From Thraustochytrium aureum (Eukaryota): a stretch of 63,814 bases of DNA. Every line of letters begins with the position of its first letter. Position 1 is the stretch's first letter. The stretch lies in contig BLSG01000302.1 of assembly GCA_012862495.1 (NCBI GenBank), forward strand, positions 97,574-161,387, given 5' to 3'. The notes beneath the pieces are model-generated. The model had not been told where the DNA came from and searched no databases. It saw only the letters and a list, made by a program, of their open reading frames with translations. Both the position numbers and the translations under genes were made by a program. This document shows positions 12,414 to 23,278 of this stretch, piece by piece.

Positions 12414-13563
12414 TTACGTTGTGCAATCCTCAGCGGGCGCGTCGCCGGGTGTCTGCTTCCCCGCCGTGGAACTCTGTTGTTGCAGGACAGCGAGCTGCTC
12501 TGGCGTTAAGCTGATCATCGACGGGCGGTACGCGCGCGACAAGGCGCTCGCCTTCTCGTGGCGCGAGCGCTCACCAGCGAGAAGCTGCAGCCACGACGCG
12601 TTCGTCTCCTCGACCACCTTGAGAGCGTAGTCGCGGCCCATGCACCGCTCTCCGAGGCCAAACGAGTTTTGCGGCTTGCCATCAGCAACCTTGTAGTTCC
12701 GGAACCACTCGCGGATTGCGCTCACAAGGCCAGGGATGCTTTTTTCGACGTCGTCGATGTCGTTCAGCAGAGGGGCCCACAAGTCCTCCGCGTCGATGGC
12801 AATCACCTTCCAGTCTGCCTCGCCCTCGTCGATCTGCGGTCAGATGCACGCGGAGGTTTTTCCAAGTTTGGAGGCGCACCGTCAGCGCCTTGCCTGAAGC
12901 TGCAAACGCCAGCGGTCAACTTACCATGCAGAGGACCCCGAGCACCTTGACGGCTCGCACGCCGCTCGTCGGGATTTGGCGCGACCCGATCTCGCACACG
13001 TCGAGCGGGTCGTTGTCGCCGGCCGCCTTGGCGTCCGGGTGCACGTGCGTCGGGTCTTCCCACGTCTGGGGAAAGCACCCATAGTTGAAGAAGAGGCCCG
13101 CAGCGCCCGTCTTGAACTCGCGGAGCTCGCCCTTCTTCTCGTCTTGCTTGATCGGCGTGCCGTGCTCGTCTGTGGCGATCTCAAACTTTTTCTTGGTCCA
13201 CTTGGGGATCTCGCATACAAAGTTCAGGTGGCCGGTTTTGGTCCCGCTCGTGTCCGTCTCGAACAGCGGGACGTCGTGCCATAGCGAAACGGGCGACCCG
13301 TCTTTGTGCGGCTGGATCCGGAAAGCAGTCGTGTTCGGATCTCCCGATTCCTCCACCTTGACCGAAGCTAGGGCCTTTGCCGATCCCGTGAGCACTCTTG
13401 GGGCATTTAGAGCGGCTTGGAGCTTGACGCGAAACGCTTCGTCGGCCTGCGCCGTCTTTGCGATCAGCGACACGTACTGGTCTTCCAAGTTCGGAGAGTG
13501 CTCGCTGGAGGAGGCCCCAGCGGTGCCGAGGTTGTTGCTTGAAGCACTCGCAGCAGCGCCCAT
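12414..13563 (-). CDS. PPA: Family I soluble inorganic pyrophosphatase (exons 13563-12925, 12833-12414)
   Basis: VSLWHDVPL, FVCEIPKWTKKKFEI, PIKQD, FNYGCFPQTWEDP, GDNDPLDVCEIG. Splicing gives KVLGVLCM|IDEGEADWKVIAID, followed by EWFRNYKVADGKP. 91-nt GTAAGT...CAG intron. Confidence 0.95.
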
Positions 13564-13975
13564 TCTTTGGCCGTCAAAAGGCAGGCTTCCGGCTCGTCGT
13601 TATCCCCGCGAGCGCCAAGCGGTGTCGCCCAGATCAACCTCGTTCTTGCCGGCGTCGCGCAGTTCGAGCTCTGAAGAATTGCATTCTGCATTGTGTAAAA
13701 CAGATCCGTTTGAACCTAACCAACCCTTAACCCGTCCAAGTTGAGGTTTCATCAACAGAATCCTTTGTTCAGAGTCGGGCGGGCACTGGGCCGCCGCCAC
13801 GGTCTCAGGGGAGACGTCGAAAACGAAACGAACAATTGGGGCATCTCAAGCGTGCGCCGCTGCTTAAAAATGGTGCGGTCAACTAAGCGCCTCATCGTTC
13901 GACGGTTGGAGGTCGCGACTTCCGGCGCGAGTAGAAGCGCGGCGTACTTCGTGCGCCGCCGACCACGTGGACGGA

Positions 13976-16900
13976 TCAAAACTCGCCTGTGCTCTTCATT
14001 GGAGTAGGCTCAGCGGTTGCTGGGTTCGGGTCGCCCTTCCTTGGGGCCAAAAATATGGCTACGGATCCCAAAACCTTGCGGAGCCGGATTCTGTGGGGCC
14101 GGTCTGGAACCTGGACCTTTGCTCGCTTGCTCGTCTCGGTAACCTTGGGCCCTCGGCGATGCGTCGGCCGCACAATGAAATCCATGTGGTCCCGACCGTT
14201 TATAGAGAGATCTGAGCGCTCAAACCTAATTTCGGTCTCAAAATGCGAGTTTTGGCGCAGCAATTGGCCTCGCACCTTGCGCTTGACCCTGGCACCTGCA
14301 AACTCCATCGCCGCGCGAACCGTTGCGACGCCGCGGTGGCTCTCGAGCGAAGTCCCCAGTGTGAGCTGGTTCCGTTGCTCGTCTTGAACGGTAAACGCAA
14401 CCGGCGGCGGCCTTTCCGCCTCGTCGATCACGTCCGCGTCGGATTCGCACTCGTTGGTGTCCCCGAATTGCGCGGCACTCGGGTCGGGGCGAGAGAGCAG
14501 GAGGATCGTGGGCTCGCTCGTGCTTGTGCCTCTTTGGACCTCTAGTAGCTGACGGCGGTGTTTCAACGAGCGGGCGATGATCGCGCCAAGGTGCTCTTCC
14601 GCCTCGACTCGCCCTCGCAACACGTGCGCGGCGCGGCGCACCAGGCCAACTAACGTCAGCATCTCGCTCACGAGCTCGGCGCATGTCTGGTAGCCAAGGT
14701 CGTCAAAGGTAGCTGGAATGAGACCCAAGGACCTGCAGACGTCGTCCACAGCAGCCTGGTTGTCTTCGGCACTCAAGATGTCGTGCACCTCGGCGAGGAA
14801 CTCTGCGTTTTTCGTCGTGCTGATTAGATCAGCGGTCAGTCGCTGAACGATGCTAGGGGCGAGCCCAAAGGCCGGGCTGATATGCAGGACCGCGAGCAAG
14901 TGCGCGAGAGGAGATGCCCAAAAGTTCCGAACTCTATGCCCGTCGCGCAGAACGAGCGCTCGAGAGTCCAGAGAGCAGAGGAAGAAGGCCCGCTTGAGTA
15001 TTGCTCGGCACACCGCCGTCCCTTCCGCAGCGAGGAGACGCATGGCCGCGTCGGGCAACGCCACCGCGGGTTTGGGCTCTGCACACGGTTTCGCTGGAGC
15101 GTCGTCCAAGAAGCTGTCGTCCGAGTCGCTGAACAGCGATTCACGCCGCGCCTTGGTCGTGCTGTGTTTAGCGTCGGCTCGGGAGGCGGCGGCCTGGGTC
15201 TTTGGCCGCTTGGCGGTGCGCGATGGCGTGCTCGACTGCAAAGTTCGCTCGCGAGTCCAACAAGTGGTAGCCGCTGCGCTTCAGCCAGCTGTCCGCTTGA
15301 ATGACGCCGTCTAGCTCTACCTGAGTCCGCGAGACGAAAGGGGCCCGGGCACGCTCGGCTTGAACGGGGTCATAGCGTGAATGAGCCGAGCACTTGACAC
15401 TGTGTGGGTCCCGATTCATGCGGGCGCGCTGCTCTTTTATCCACGCTGAAAAGACGTGCTTTGGGGGCACTACGCCAAACTCGGGTTTTGACGGAGGGCG
15501 AGCGCCGTCGACTCGGGCGGCCGTTTCAAATGCGAGGGCGGCCCCGGCGCCAAGCGGGGCTTGGTCCAGGTCAATGCTCGGCTCTGTGGGCTCTATGTCT
15601 ACGCCGTTGAGCGAGTCCTGCGCCTCTGCGACCAACAACGGGACGATGCCGGCGATTTGGCCCACGTCGACGTCAAGGACAGAGCCGGCATGCTCGAAAA
15701 CCCAACCAGTGCTGCGCAAGGAGCCGCGCCGCATGACGCTCCCGAGGTCAACCTCTGCCGAATCTTGGTCCTGCAGAGCACCTTGGTCTACACGCGCCGA
15801 CTTGCTTCGCAGCATCCCCCAATGGTCATCGATGGAGTCCCCAGCGTGGTAGAGCCACGAGTCCTGCTTGAGTTCTTCTAAGGAGGAGGGAAACTCGCGC
15901 TGGGGTACCACGTGGAGCTTTGGCCAGAAAACCTCTATTTTGACTGCAGAGATCTCAACGCGCCATTTGGAGACCTCATCCGCGACTACTAAGGCCGCTG
16001 CGTAGTGCGACGTCGCGCTCAACTCGGGCACCTCGTTGACTAGCCCAACGAGGTTGACATGGATGCCGCGAAACCACGATTTCTCGCACAATTGCACGAC
16101 GCTGGTGCCGAACTGCTCCTCAAACTTGTTGGCTTGGGCGCGCATCATAGTCTCAAGCCCAGTCACATCAAGGTTCTCTGGGAGCTGGAAATTTTTCCAA
16201 TCCCCTGAGAAGATGTGCCTCAAAAAGAACAGAAAGGCGCTCCCGATCTCGGCAATCAAGCCCCGTGTAACCCGGGTTTCGGGAAGGTCGTGCGGGGGCT
16301 GATCTTCGTGGTACACGAACTTGCTCAGGAGGAAAGACATGAAGGGGTGGAGCTCCTGCCGCGATAATCCTGGGCACCTGTCGTAAAACTCGTCGCCTCG
16401 AACGAGGGAAGGCTGCTCATCCCCGCCCACGCCGAGAAGGACCGTCGGGGCGCCGAGAGCCACTTTGGGTTTGATTTCGGCTTTCGCCTCGGCCTCATCG
16501 TTTCGAACGACAGAAGGCTGCTCATCCCCGTCCACGCCGAGAAGGGCAGTTGGCGCGCCGGGAGCCACTCTGGGTTTGATTTCGGCTTTCGCCTCGGCCT
16601 CATCGCCTCGTATGAGCGAACGCTGCTCGTCTACGCCCTCGCCGGGAAGGATGGTCGGCGCGCCGAGAGTGGTTTCGGGCTTGATTTCGGCTTCCGCCTC
16701 GGCAACTTTGGTGCCGTCATCGGTCAGGTCCATTTTGCTGGAGCCGCCGCCGGCCTGATGATCATCGTCGGCCCCTTTCTCCTCTTCTGAATCCACGCGC
16801 ACCACGTCCGTGCGATCGACCTGCGCGTCCTGCGACGCAGCGGGCTTTTCGTCAACCCGCGGGCCACCTTTGCTGTTCCCGAGCCCGCCTTTGCCTTTGC

Positions 16901-18110
16901 CTTTNNNNNNNNNNNNNNNNNNNNNNNNNNNNNNNNNNNNNNNNNNNNNNNNNNNNNNNNNNNNNNNNNNNNNNNNNNNNNNNNNNNNNNNNNNNNNNNN
17001 NNNNNNNNNNNNNNNNNNNNNNNNNNNNNNNNNNNNNNNNNNNNNNNNNNNNNNNNNNNNNNNNNNNNNNNNNNNNNNNNNNNNNNNNNNNNNNNNNNNG
17101 TCATCGTCACCATCCACGACTGGACTCGCGGTCCTGGCCTTGTCGATTTTCTCCACCACAGACATTGCATCGTATTTGGTCTTCTTGCCCTCTCTAGCTC
17201 GTGCTTCGCCCCTTTCCTTTTCCAACAAAACCGGCTCCGCAGTCTCCACTTGCGCAAGGCTAGGGCTGGCCTCGCGCGCGGTCTGCCGCGGCGACAGGGG
17301 TTCGCTGAACCAGTCGTCGTCGCTCAGCTCTGGCGCCGGTGGCGAGGTGTACTCGACGCGCATCGTCTTGTTGTAGGTTTTCTCCTTTGCCTTCTTCTTT
17401 GCCTTCCGCTCCCTTTTCTTCTCTTTCCTTTCCTTCTTCAGGCGCTTGCGCTCTGCTTTGCGCTGTCTGCGCGCCTCGTCCTTGTCAACGAGGTCGTTCT
17501 CGGCCGCTTCGTCGAGGTGGACGCTGCTGTTCTCGTCCTCCTTGTCGAGGCGGGCACTTTCCACTCTGATGCTGATCGTGTCATCCGCGTTGTTGTCGTC
17601 GTCGGTCTGATCAACCTCGGCATAGTTCACATGAGGATTACGCCTTCTCAGTTTGCGTGGCCCGACCTGTTCGCTGTCGGCTTGCTGCTCCGATTCTACG
17701 CTGTCGAGCTGGCGTCTGCGTTTTATGGACTTGCGCGGCGCTTCATGCTCTTCTGCGTGGTTCTTGGCGCCGACTCGTTCTTTCTTGTCCTCGGTACGAC
17801 TGCTGCTGCGCTCTTTTTGGGTCTTGCCCGGTGCTTGCTTCTCCACCTCCTTTTCGTCAGCGTGCAGCTGCTTGTCGGTTTTGTGGCTGCGCTTGCGCTC
17901 CTTTCTGGACATGCGTGGCGCTTCCAAGTCGTCGCCCCCCTCCTTCTTGTCGCCGCTACGACTGGGCTTGGGCGGCTCTTCCTTCTGCGCCTCCTCTTCT
18001 TCAGCGTGCAGCTGCTTGTCGGTTTTGCGGCTGCGCTTGCGCTCCTTGCCGGACATGCGTGGCGCTTCCAGTTCGTCGCCCCCCTCTTTCTTGTCGCCGC
18101 TACGACTGGG
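13976..18110 (-). CDS. Large uncharacterised protein with Lys/Glu-rich tandem repeats (ORFs 15168-18056 and 13976-15241, probably one gene; 5' end in gap)
   Basis: Long overlapping same-strand ORFs with charged low-complexity segments and globular-looking regions. No family motif recognised. Confidence 0.55.
16390..16703 (-). repeat. Coding tandem repeat, 105-bp (35-aa) unit, about 3 copies
   Basis: TTGATTTCGGCT at 16471, 16576 and 16681; peptide unit DEAEAKAEIKPxxxxGAPTxLxGxxxDEQxSxxR. Confidence 0.9.
17858..18110 (-). repeat. Coding tandem repeat, 144-bp (48-aa) unit, running into gap
   Basis: CAGCGTGCAGCTGCTTGTCGGTTT at 17858 and 18002; TTCTTGTCGCCGCTACGACTGGG at 17944 and 18088. Confidence 0.9.
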
Positions 18111-18930
18111 NNNNNNNNNNNNNNNNNNNNNNNNNNNNNNNNNNNNNNNNNNNNNNNNNNNNNNNNNNNNNNNNNNNNNNNNNNNNNNNNNNNNNNNNNN
18201 NNNNNNNNNNNNNNNNNNNNNNNNNNNNNNNNNNNNNNNNNNNNNNNNNNNNNNNNNNNNNNNNNNNNNNNNNNNNNNNNNNNNNNNNNNNNNNNNNNNN
18301 NNNNNNNNNNNNNNNNNNNNNNNNNNNNNNNNNNNNNNNNNNNNNNNNNNNNNNNNNNNNNNNNNNNNNNNNNNNNNNNNNNNNNNNNNNNNNNNNNNNN
18401 NNNNNNNNNNNNNNNNNNNNNNNNNNNNNNNNNNNNNNNNNNNNNNNNNNNNNNNNNNNNNNNNNNNNNNNNNNNNNNNNNNNNNNNNNNNNNNNNNNNN
18501 NNNNNNNNNNNNNNNNNNNNNNNNNNNNNNNNNNNNNNNNNNNNNNNNNNNNNNNNNNNNNNNNNNNNNNNNNNNNNNNNNNNNNNNNNNNNNNNNNNNN
18601 NNNNNNNNNNNNNNNNNNNNNNNNNNNNNNNNNNNNNNNNNNNNNNNNNNNNNNNNNNNNNNNNNNNNNNNNNNNNNNNNNNNNNNNNNNNNNNNNNNNN
18701 NNNNNNNNNNNNNNNNNNNNNNNNNNNNNNNNNNNNNNNNNNNNNNNNNNNNNNNNNNNNNNNNNNNNNNNNNNNNNNNNNNNNNNNNNNNNNNNNNNNN
18801 NNNNNNNNNNNNNNNNNNNNNNNNNNNNNNNNNNNNNNNNNNNNNNNNNNNNNNNNNNNNNNNNNNNNNNNNNNNNNNNNNNNNNNNNNNNNNNNNNNNN
18901 NNNNNNNNNNNNNNNNNNNNNNNNNNNNNN

Positions 18931-19180
18931 AGAGTGCTATGTAAATGCGTTGCAGGCCATCTGGAGGCACGGCGGTGAGGGGGCGCACGTCGTCTTTCCG
19001 CTCATGGGCGCCGGCGCGCGCGGGTTTGAGCCTTGTGAAGCCGCTGTCGCCGCTGCAAACGGGATTCGAGAGGCGGCTTTGCACGGCGTGCTCCCGCGAC
19101 TCGTCAGGCTCACTGCGCCCGACATCGCGGCTGGACGGTTGCTCGGCGAGGCGCTCCGCAAAGCACTCGGCGAGGTCTGA
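18931..19180 (+). CDS. Macro domain (ADP-ribose binding/hydrolase-like) protein, C-terminal fragment
   Basis: ECYVNALQA...VVFPLMGAGARGFEPCEAAVAA resembles the macrodomain CYxNxL...xxFPxxxxGxxGFP pattern. Confidence 0.65.
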
Positions 19181-19300
19181 GGTGAGGCGCCCTTCTCCGC
19201 ACGTGCACCTTTTTTTAAAACTCGCTCGCTCTCACTGTCAGTCAATCAACGAGTCGACTCGCAGATGTACAAGGTCGCGCAGATGTACAAGGTTTAAACG

Positions 19301-20162
19301 TTACATGCAGTAGCGGTCGCCTTTCTTTTTCGCGCGGAGGTTGAGCATCTCTTCGCGCGTCAGCTCGCGGTCCGTGGAGGTCGTCACTATCTTGTAAGTC
19401 CCTGCCGCGTTGCTCCCCCCGGACCGCTCGCGATATGTGAGTGTCGTCCGGGACCCCGCGTACGTTCCGAGTGCACTGGCGTACTCGGACTCGCGCTTTT
19501 TCTCCTGCTCCTCGACCAGCTCAGTCGCTGTGAGAGCTGCACGGGGCTTGCGAACGACGAGAAACGGGACACTCTCAACAAGATCGCGCGAAAAAGGCGC
19601 CTTGAGCGCGGCGGCAGTGTCGCTCAGCACAAGGGAAACCACGCGAGCCTCCTCGCCCTGTGTCTCCGCGTCACCTCTTGGCACATCTACGACGACGACG
19701 TCGCCGGCGGCGAGCTCGCGCGTGAACTTTGTTCCGACGCCGGTGAGGGTCGTGTAGTTGGAAGTGAGTCGCCCAGTGCAGGTCTCTTTCGTGGCCGCGC
19801 CGAGCTTTGCGATGGCCGGGGCGCCGATGGCGCTTGCTGCGGCTGGGCGGGGTCCAATCGCTCGCGCCTCGGCCCCTTCCTCGCCGCTGCTGCTGCTCGA
19901 GGACTCTGACGCTGAACCATCCCTTCCACATGGTGCTGTGGACCTCTTCCGCTTCCTCGTTGTCGGCGAGAGCAGCGCCCTGTTGTCTCGCACGTTGTCC
20001 TCGCTCGCCCGGCTCTTGTGCGACTTCTTCCTCGCTCGCTTCCGCTCCTTCTTCGCGCGCTTGCGTTCTTTGTGCCGCCGCTTGACCGCATCTAGCGCCT
20101 CCCGTCCGCGCTTGAGCGCCAGCTGCCCGCTGCCGAGACCCGGCGGCGGCCTCGGTTGCGGC
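19301..20162 (-). CDS. Uncharacterised Lys/Arg-rich protein with FRG1-like C-terminal motif (partial)
   Basis: Open frame from the gap to TAA; ends REEMLNLRAKKKGDRYCM, resembling the LDRRxKxKxDRYC terminus of FRG1-type proteins. Confidence 0.6.
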
Positions 20163-20931
20163 NNNNNNNNNNNNNNNNNNNNNNNNNNNNNNNNNNNNNN
20201 NNNNNNNNNNNNNNNNNNNNNNNNNNNNNNNNNNNNNNNNNNNNNNNNNNNNNNNNNNNNNNNNNNNNNNNNNNNNNNNNNNNNNNNNNNNNNNNNNNNN
20301 NNNNNNNNNNNNNNNNNNNNNNNNNNNNNNNNNNNNNNNNNNNNNNNNNNNNNNNNNNNNNNNNNNNNNNNNNNNNNNNNNNNNNNNNNNNNNNNNNNNN
20401 NNNNNNNNNNNNNNNNNNNNNNNNNNNNNNNNNNNNNNNNNNNNNNNNNNNNNNNNNNNNNNNNNNNNNNNNNNNNNNNNNNNNNNNNNNNNNNNNNNNN
20501 NNNNNNNNNNNNNNNNNNNNNNNNNNNNNNNNNNNNNNNNNNNNNNNNNNNNNNNNNNNNNNNNNNNNNNNNNNNNNNNNNNNNNNNNNNNNNNNNNNNN
20601 NNNNNNNNNNNNNNNNNNNNNNNNNNNNNNNNNNNNNNNNNNNNNNNNNNNNNNNNNNNNNNNNNNNNNNNNNNNNNNNNNNNNNNNNNNNNNNNNNNNN
20701 NNNNNNNNNNNNNNNNNNNNNNNNNNNNNNNNNNNNNNNNNNNNNNNNNNNNNNNNNNNNNNNNNNNNNNNNNNNNNNNNNNNNNNNNNNNNNNNNNNNN
20801 NNNNNNNNNNNNNNNNNNNNNNNNNNNNNNNNNNNNNNNNNNNNNNNNNNNNNNNNNNNNNNNNNNNNNNNNNNNNNNNNNNNNNNNNNNNNNNNNNNNN
20901 NNNNNNNNNNNNNNNNNNNNTGGATCGATGA

Positions 20932-20955
20932 ATGGATGGATGGATGGATGGATGG
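20932..20955 (+). repeat. (GGAT)n microsatellite
   Basis: Tandem GGAT near the gap edge, upstream of the crotonase gene. Confidence 0.9.
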
Positions 20956-21125
20956 AAGCGCCATTGGCCCCAACCGCGAGCCGTCTGCGAGACACCGCCG
21001 AGCTGGGCCGCGGCTATCCCGCTCGTCGCTGGACGAGTCCTCGGTGCGCCCTCTGGAGAGCGAGAGCGAGGCTTGGTTCGCCGCCGTGCGAGGGCCCTGT
21101 CGTCCGGCGAGGGGGCTCGGCCGCG

Positions 21126-21968
21126 ATGGGGAAAGTGCTCCTCGAACTCGCGTCGCTTCGCGTCGCAGAGGCCGACCTCGAAGGCGTCAAGGCCGGGGCG
21201 GTCGTGGAGGTGAGGCTGGACGCACCGCAGCGGCTCAACGCGCTCTCGGTGGGAGCGCTCACGGACCTGGTCGACGCGTTTGAGTTTCTCCAGCGACACG
21301 GACGCAAGAGCGGCCTCAAAGTCGTCGTGCTCGTTGGCGCCGGGCGCGCTCTGTCGGCTGGCGCTGACCTCAAGGAGCACGGGCGCAGCGTGGGCGTGGG
21401 CCATGGCGTCGAAGCGGCGATGGAGGAGTTTCAGCAGTGGCGCGCTGAGCTGCAACTTGGAAGGCGTGCGATGGCGGCGATCGAGGAGCTCGAGGCCTTG
21501 ACGCTCTGCGGGACGCACGGGTACGCACTCGGAGGCGGATGGTGCTTGTCCCTTGCGTGCGACTTGACGGTCAGCACGAGCGACTGCGTGTTCCAGATGC
21601 CCGAGATCAACCTGGGAATCCCTCTGACGTGGGCATGCACCCCACGATTGGTCTCGCGTGTTGGGGTGGCCAAGGCCAAGGAGTTTATCGCGCTCGGGGA
21701 GCGGGTTTCGGCACAGGAGCTCGCTTCACTCGGGGCCATCAATCGCGTCGTCGAGTCTCGCGCCGCCATGGACGCCGAGCTCGCCAGGCTGGCCAGGGTC
21801 GCCGCGTCCAAGAGTCCCTTGGCGTTGCACATGGTCAAGACGCAGTTTCGCGCCATGCAGCGGATGAGCATGATGGGGGACATCACCGAGTCGGACGGCG
21901 ACTTGCTGCTCATCCCGGCTGTGGCCAAGCAGCTCGGGCGGGGGAGGACCCGCGGCAGCAAGCTGTAG
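21126..21968 (+). CDS. Enoyl-CoA hydratase/isomerase (crotonase) family protein, peroxisomal (PTS1 SKL)
   Basis: LDAPQRLNAL, GAGRALSAGADLKE, HGYALGGGWCLSLACD, FQMPEINLGIP, KAKEFIALGERVSAQE. Ends SKL-stop. Confidence 0.92.
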   Translation: MGKVLLELASLRVAEADLEGVKAGAVVEVRLDAPQRLNALSVGALTDLVDAFEFLQRHGRKSGLKVVVLVGAGRALSAGADLKEHGRSVGVGHGVEAAMEEFQQWRAELQLGRRAMAAIEELEALTLCGTHGYALGGGWCLSLACDLTVSTSDCVFQMPEINLGIPLTWACTPRLVSRVGVAKAKEFIALGERVSAQELASLGAINRVVESRAAMDAELARLARVAASKSPLALHMVKTQFRAMQRMSMMGDITESDGDLLLIPAVAKQLGRGRTRGSKL

Positions 21969-22504
21969 GCCTCCCGCGAGCCCATCGCGAAGCAGCTCGG
22001 GCTCAAAAACCTCCACACTTTCAATTAGTTGGTGCGACTGCGCCGCGCTCAAACCCGCGCAAGTCGGACCGAAATAATAAACTAGCGCTCCACGTCCATC
22101 AGTGTCCCCGCATGTCAGCCAGCAGCTCCGGGCCGAGTGGGCCGAGGCAGGCCNNNNNNNNNNNNNNNNNNNNNNNNNNNNNNNNNNNNNNNNNNNNNNN
22201 NNNNNNNNNNNNNNNNNNNNNNNNNNNNNNNNNNNNNNNNNNNNNNNNNNNNNNNNNNNNNNNNNNNNNNNNNNNNNNNNNNNNNNNNNNNNNNNNNNNN
22301 NNNNNNNNNNNNNNNNNNNNNNNNNNNNNNNNNNNNNNNNNNNNNNNNNNNNNNNNNNNNNNNNNNNNNNNNNNNNNNNNNNNNNNNNNNNNNNNNNNNN
22401 NNNNNNNNNNNNNNNNNNNNNNNNNNNNNNNNNNNNNNNNNNNNNNNNNNNNNNNNNNNNNNNNNNNNNNNNNNNNNNNNNNNNNNNNNNNNNNNNNNNN
22501 NNNN

Positions 22505-22609
22505 ACATGGTCACCTCAAACACGTACGTGTTGACGCAGTACAAGAAAGACCCGAACGTCGTCAGATTCCACAAGCTGTGCGCCAAGCCTGCCTCGCCGC
22601 GGACGCCAT
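22505..22609 (-). CDS. Possible N-terminus of mitochondrial inner membrane peptidase subunit 1 (IMP1/IMMP1L); rest in gap
   Basis: LWNLTTFGSFLYCVNTYVFEVTM resembles the TM segment before the GPSM catalytic motif of IMP1. Needs one indel after ATG 22609; the catalytic motif is not visible. Confidence 0.45.
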
Positions 22610-22676
22610 CGCAGGCGCTTCAAACCGCGCGCCCCGCTCCGCTGCCCGCCCGCGCGGCTCGCAACCCTCCCGCGCA

Positions 22677-22704
22677 GACCGACCAACCGACCGACCGACC
22701 GACC
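22677..22704 (+). repeat. (GACC)n microsatellite
   Basis: Tandem GACC units seen directly. Confidence 0.85.
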
Positions 22705-22958
22705 GGCCGCCCCGCTCGACTCTGCGTCTGCCGCGCGCCAACTCGGCCTCCTTGGCCTCCAAAACCGGTACTAAACACCACCTGAACATAGTCCCCTTTT
22801 ACCGGAACGCTTTTAATTATTAACACCGCGCGTCCCGCCACATTGTATTTAACCTTTGCCTTTTGCATGTATTGTTTAAACGCGGAAAAGAGGAAATGGG
22901 CGTTGAGAACGGCAGGCAGGACCTTGAGGCCAGCAGCGCCTCGTGCGCCGCGTGGCCT

Positions 22959-23045
22959 TGCCTGCCTGCGTGCGTGCGTGCCTGCCTGCCTGCGTGTGTG
23001 CCTGCCTGCCGGCTGCCTGCGTGCCTGCCTGCCTGCCTGCGCCTA
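22959..23045 (+). repeat. Compound (GCCT)/(GCGT) microsatellite in divergent intergenic region
   Basis: Seen directly. Confidence 0.9.
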
Positions 23046-23278
23046 CCTCGGCGTTGTCCTTGCGCTTCTTGATCGATTGGTCGATCGACAGATCGGGCGC
23101 CGTCTGGCCTTGCCTGCCTTGGTGCGCGCGGGCGCCTTCTTCGGCCTTGGCCTGCGCTGCTCGCTCGCTCGCGTGCTCGCTCGATCGATCGCGAGACACG
23201 CCTGCCTCGGCACCGGCCTTGCGCTTCTCGATTGCTTTCGCGAGTCTTGGTGTCGTCAAACGCGTGGTGGAAGGCCAG

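Noticed and set aside
19260..19293. Short direct repeat CGCAGATGTACAAGGT x2 between convergent genes
   Set aside because: Only two copies with no spacer; a local duplication, not a CRISPR or element terminus.
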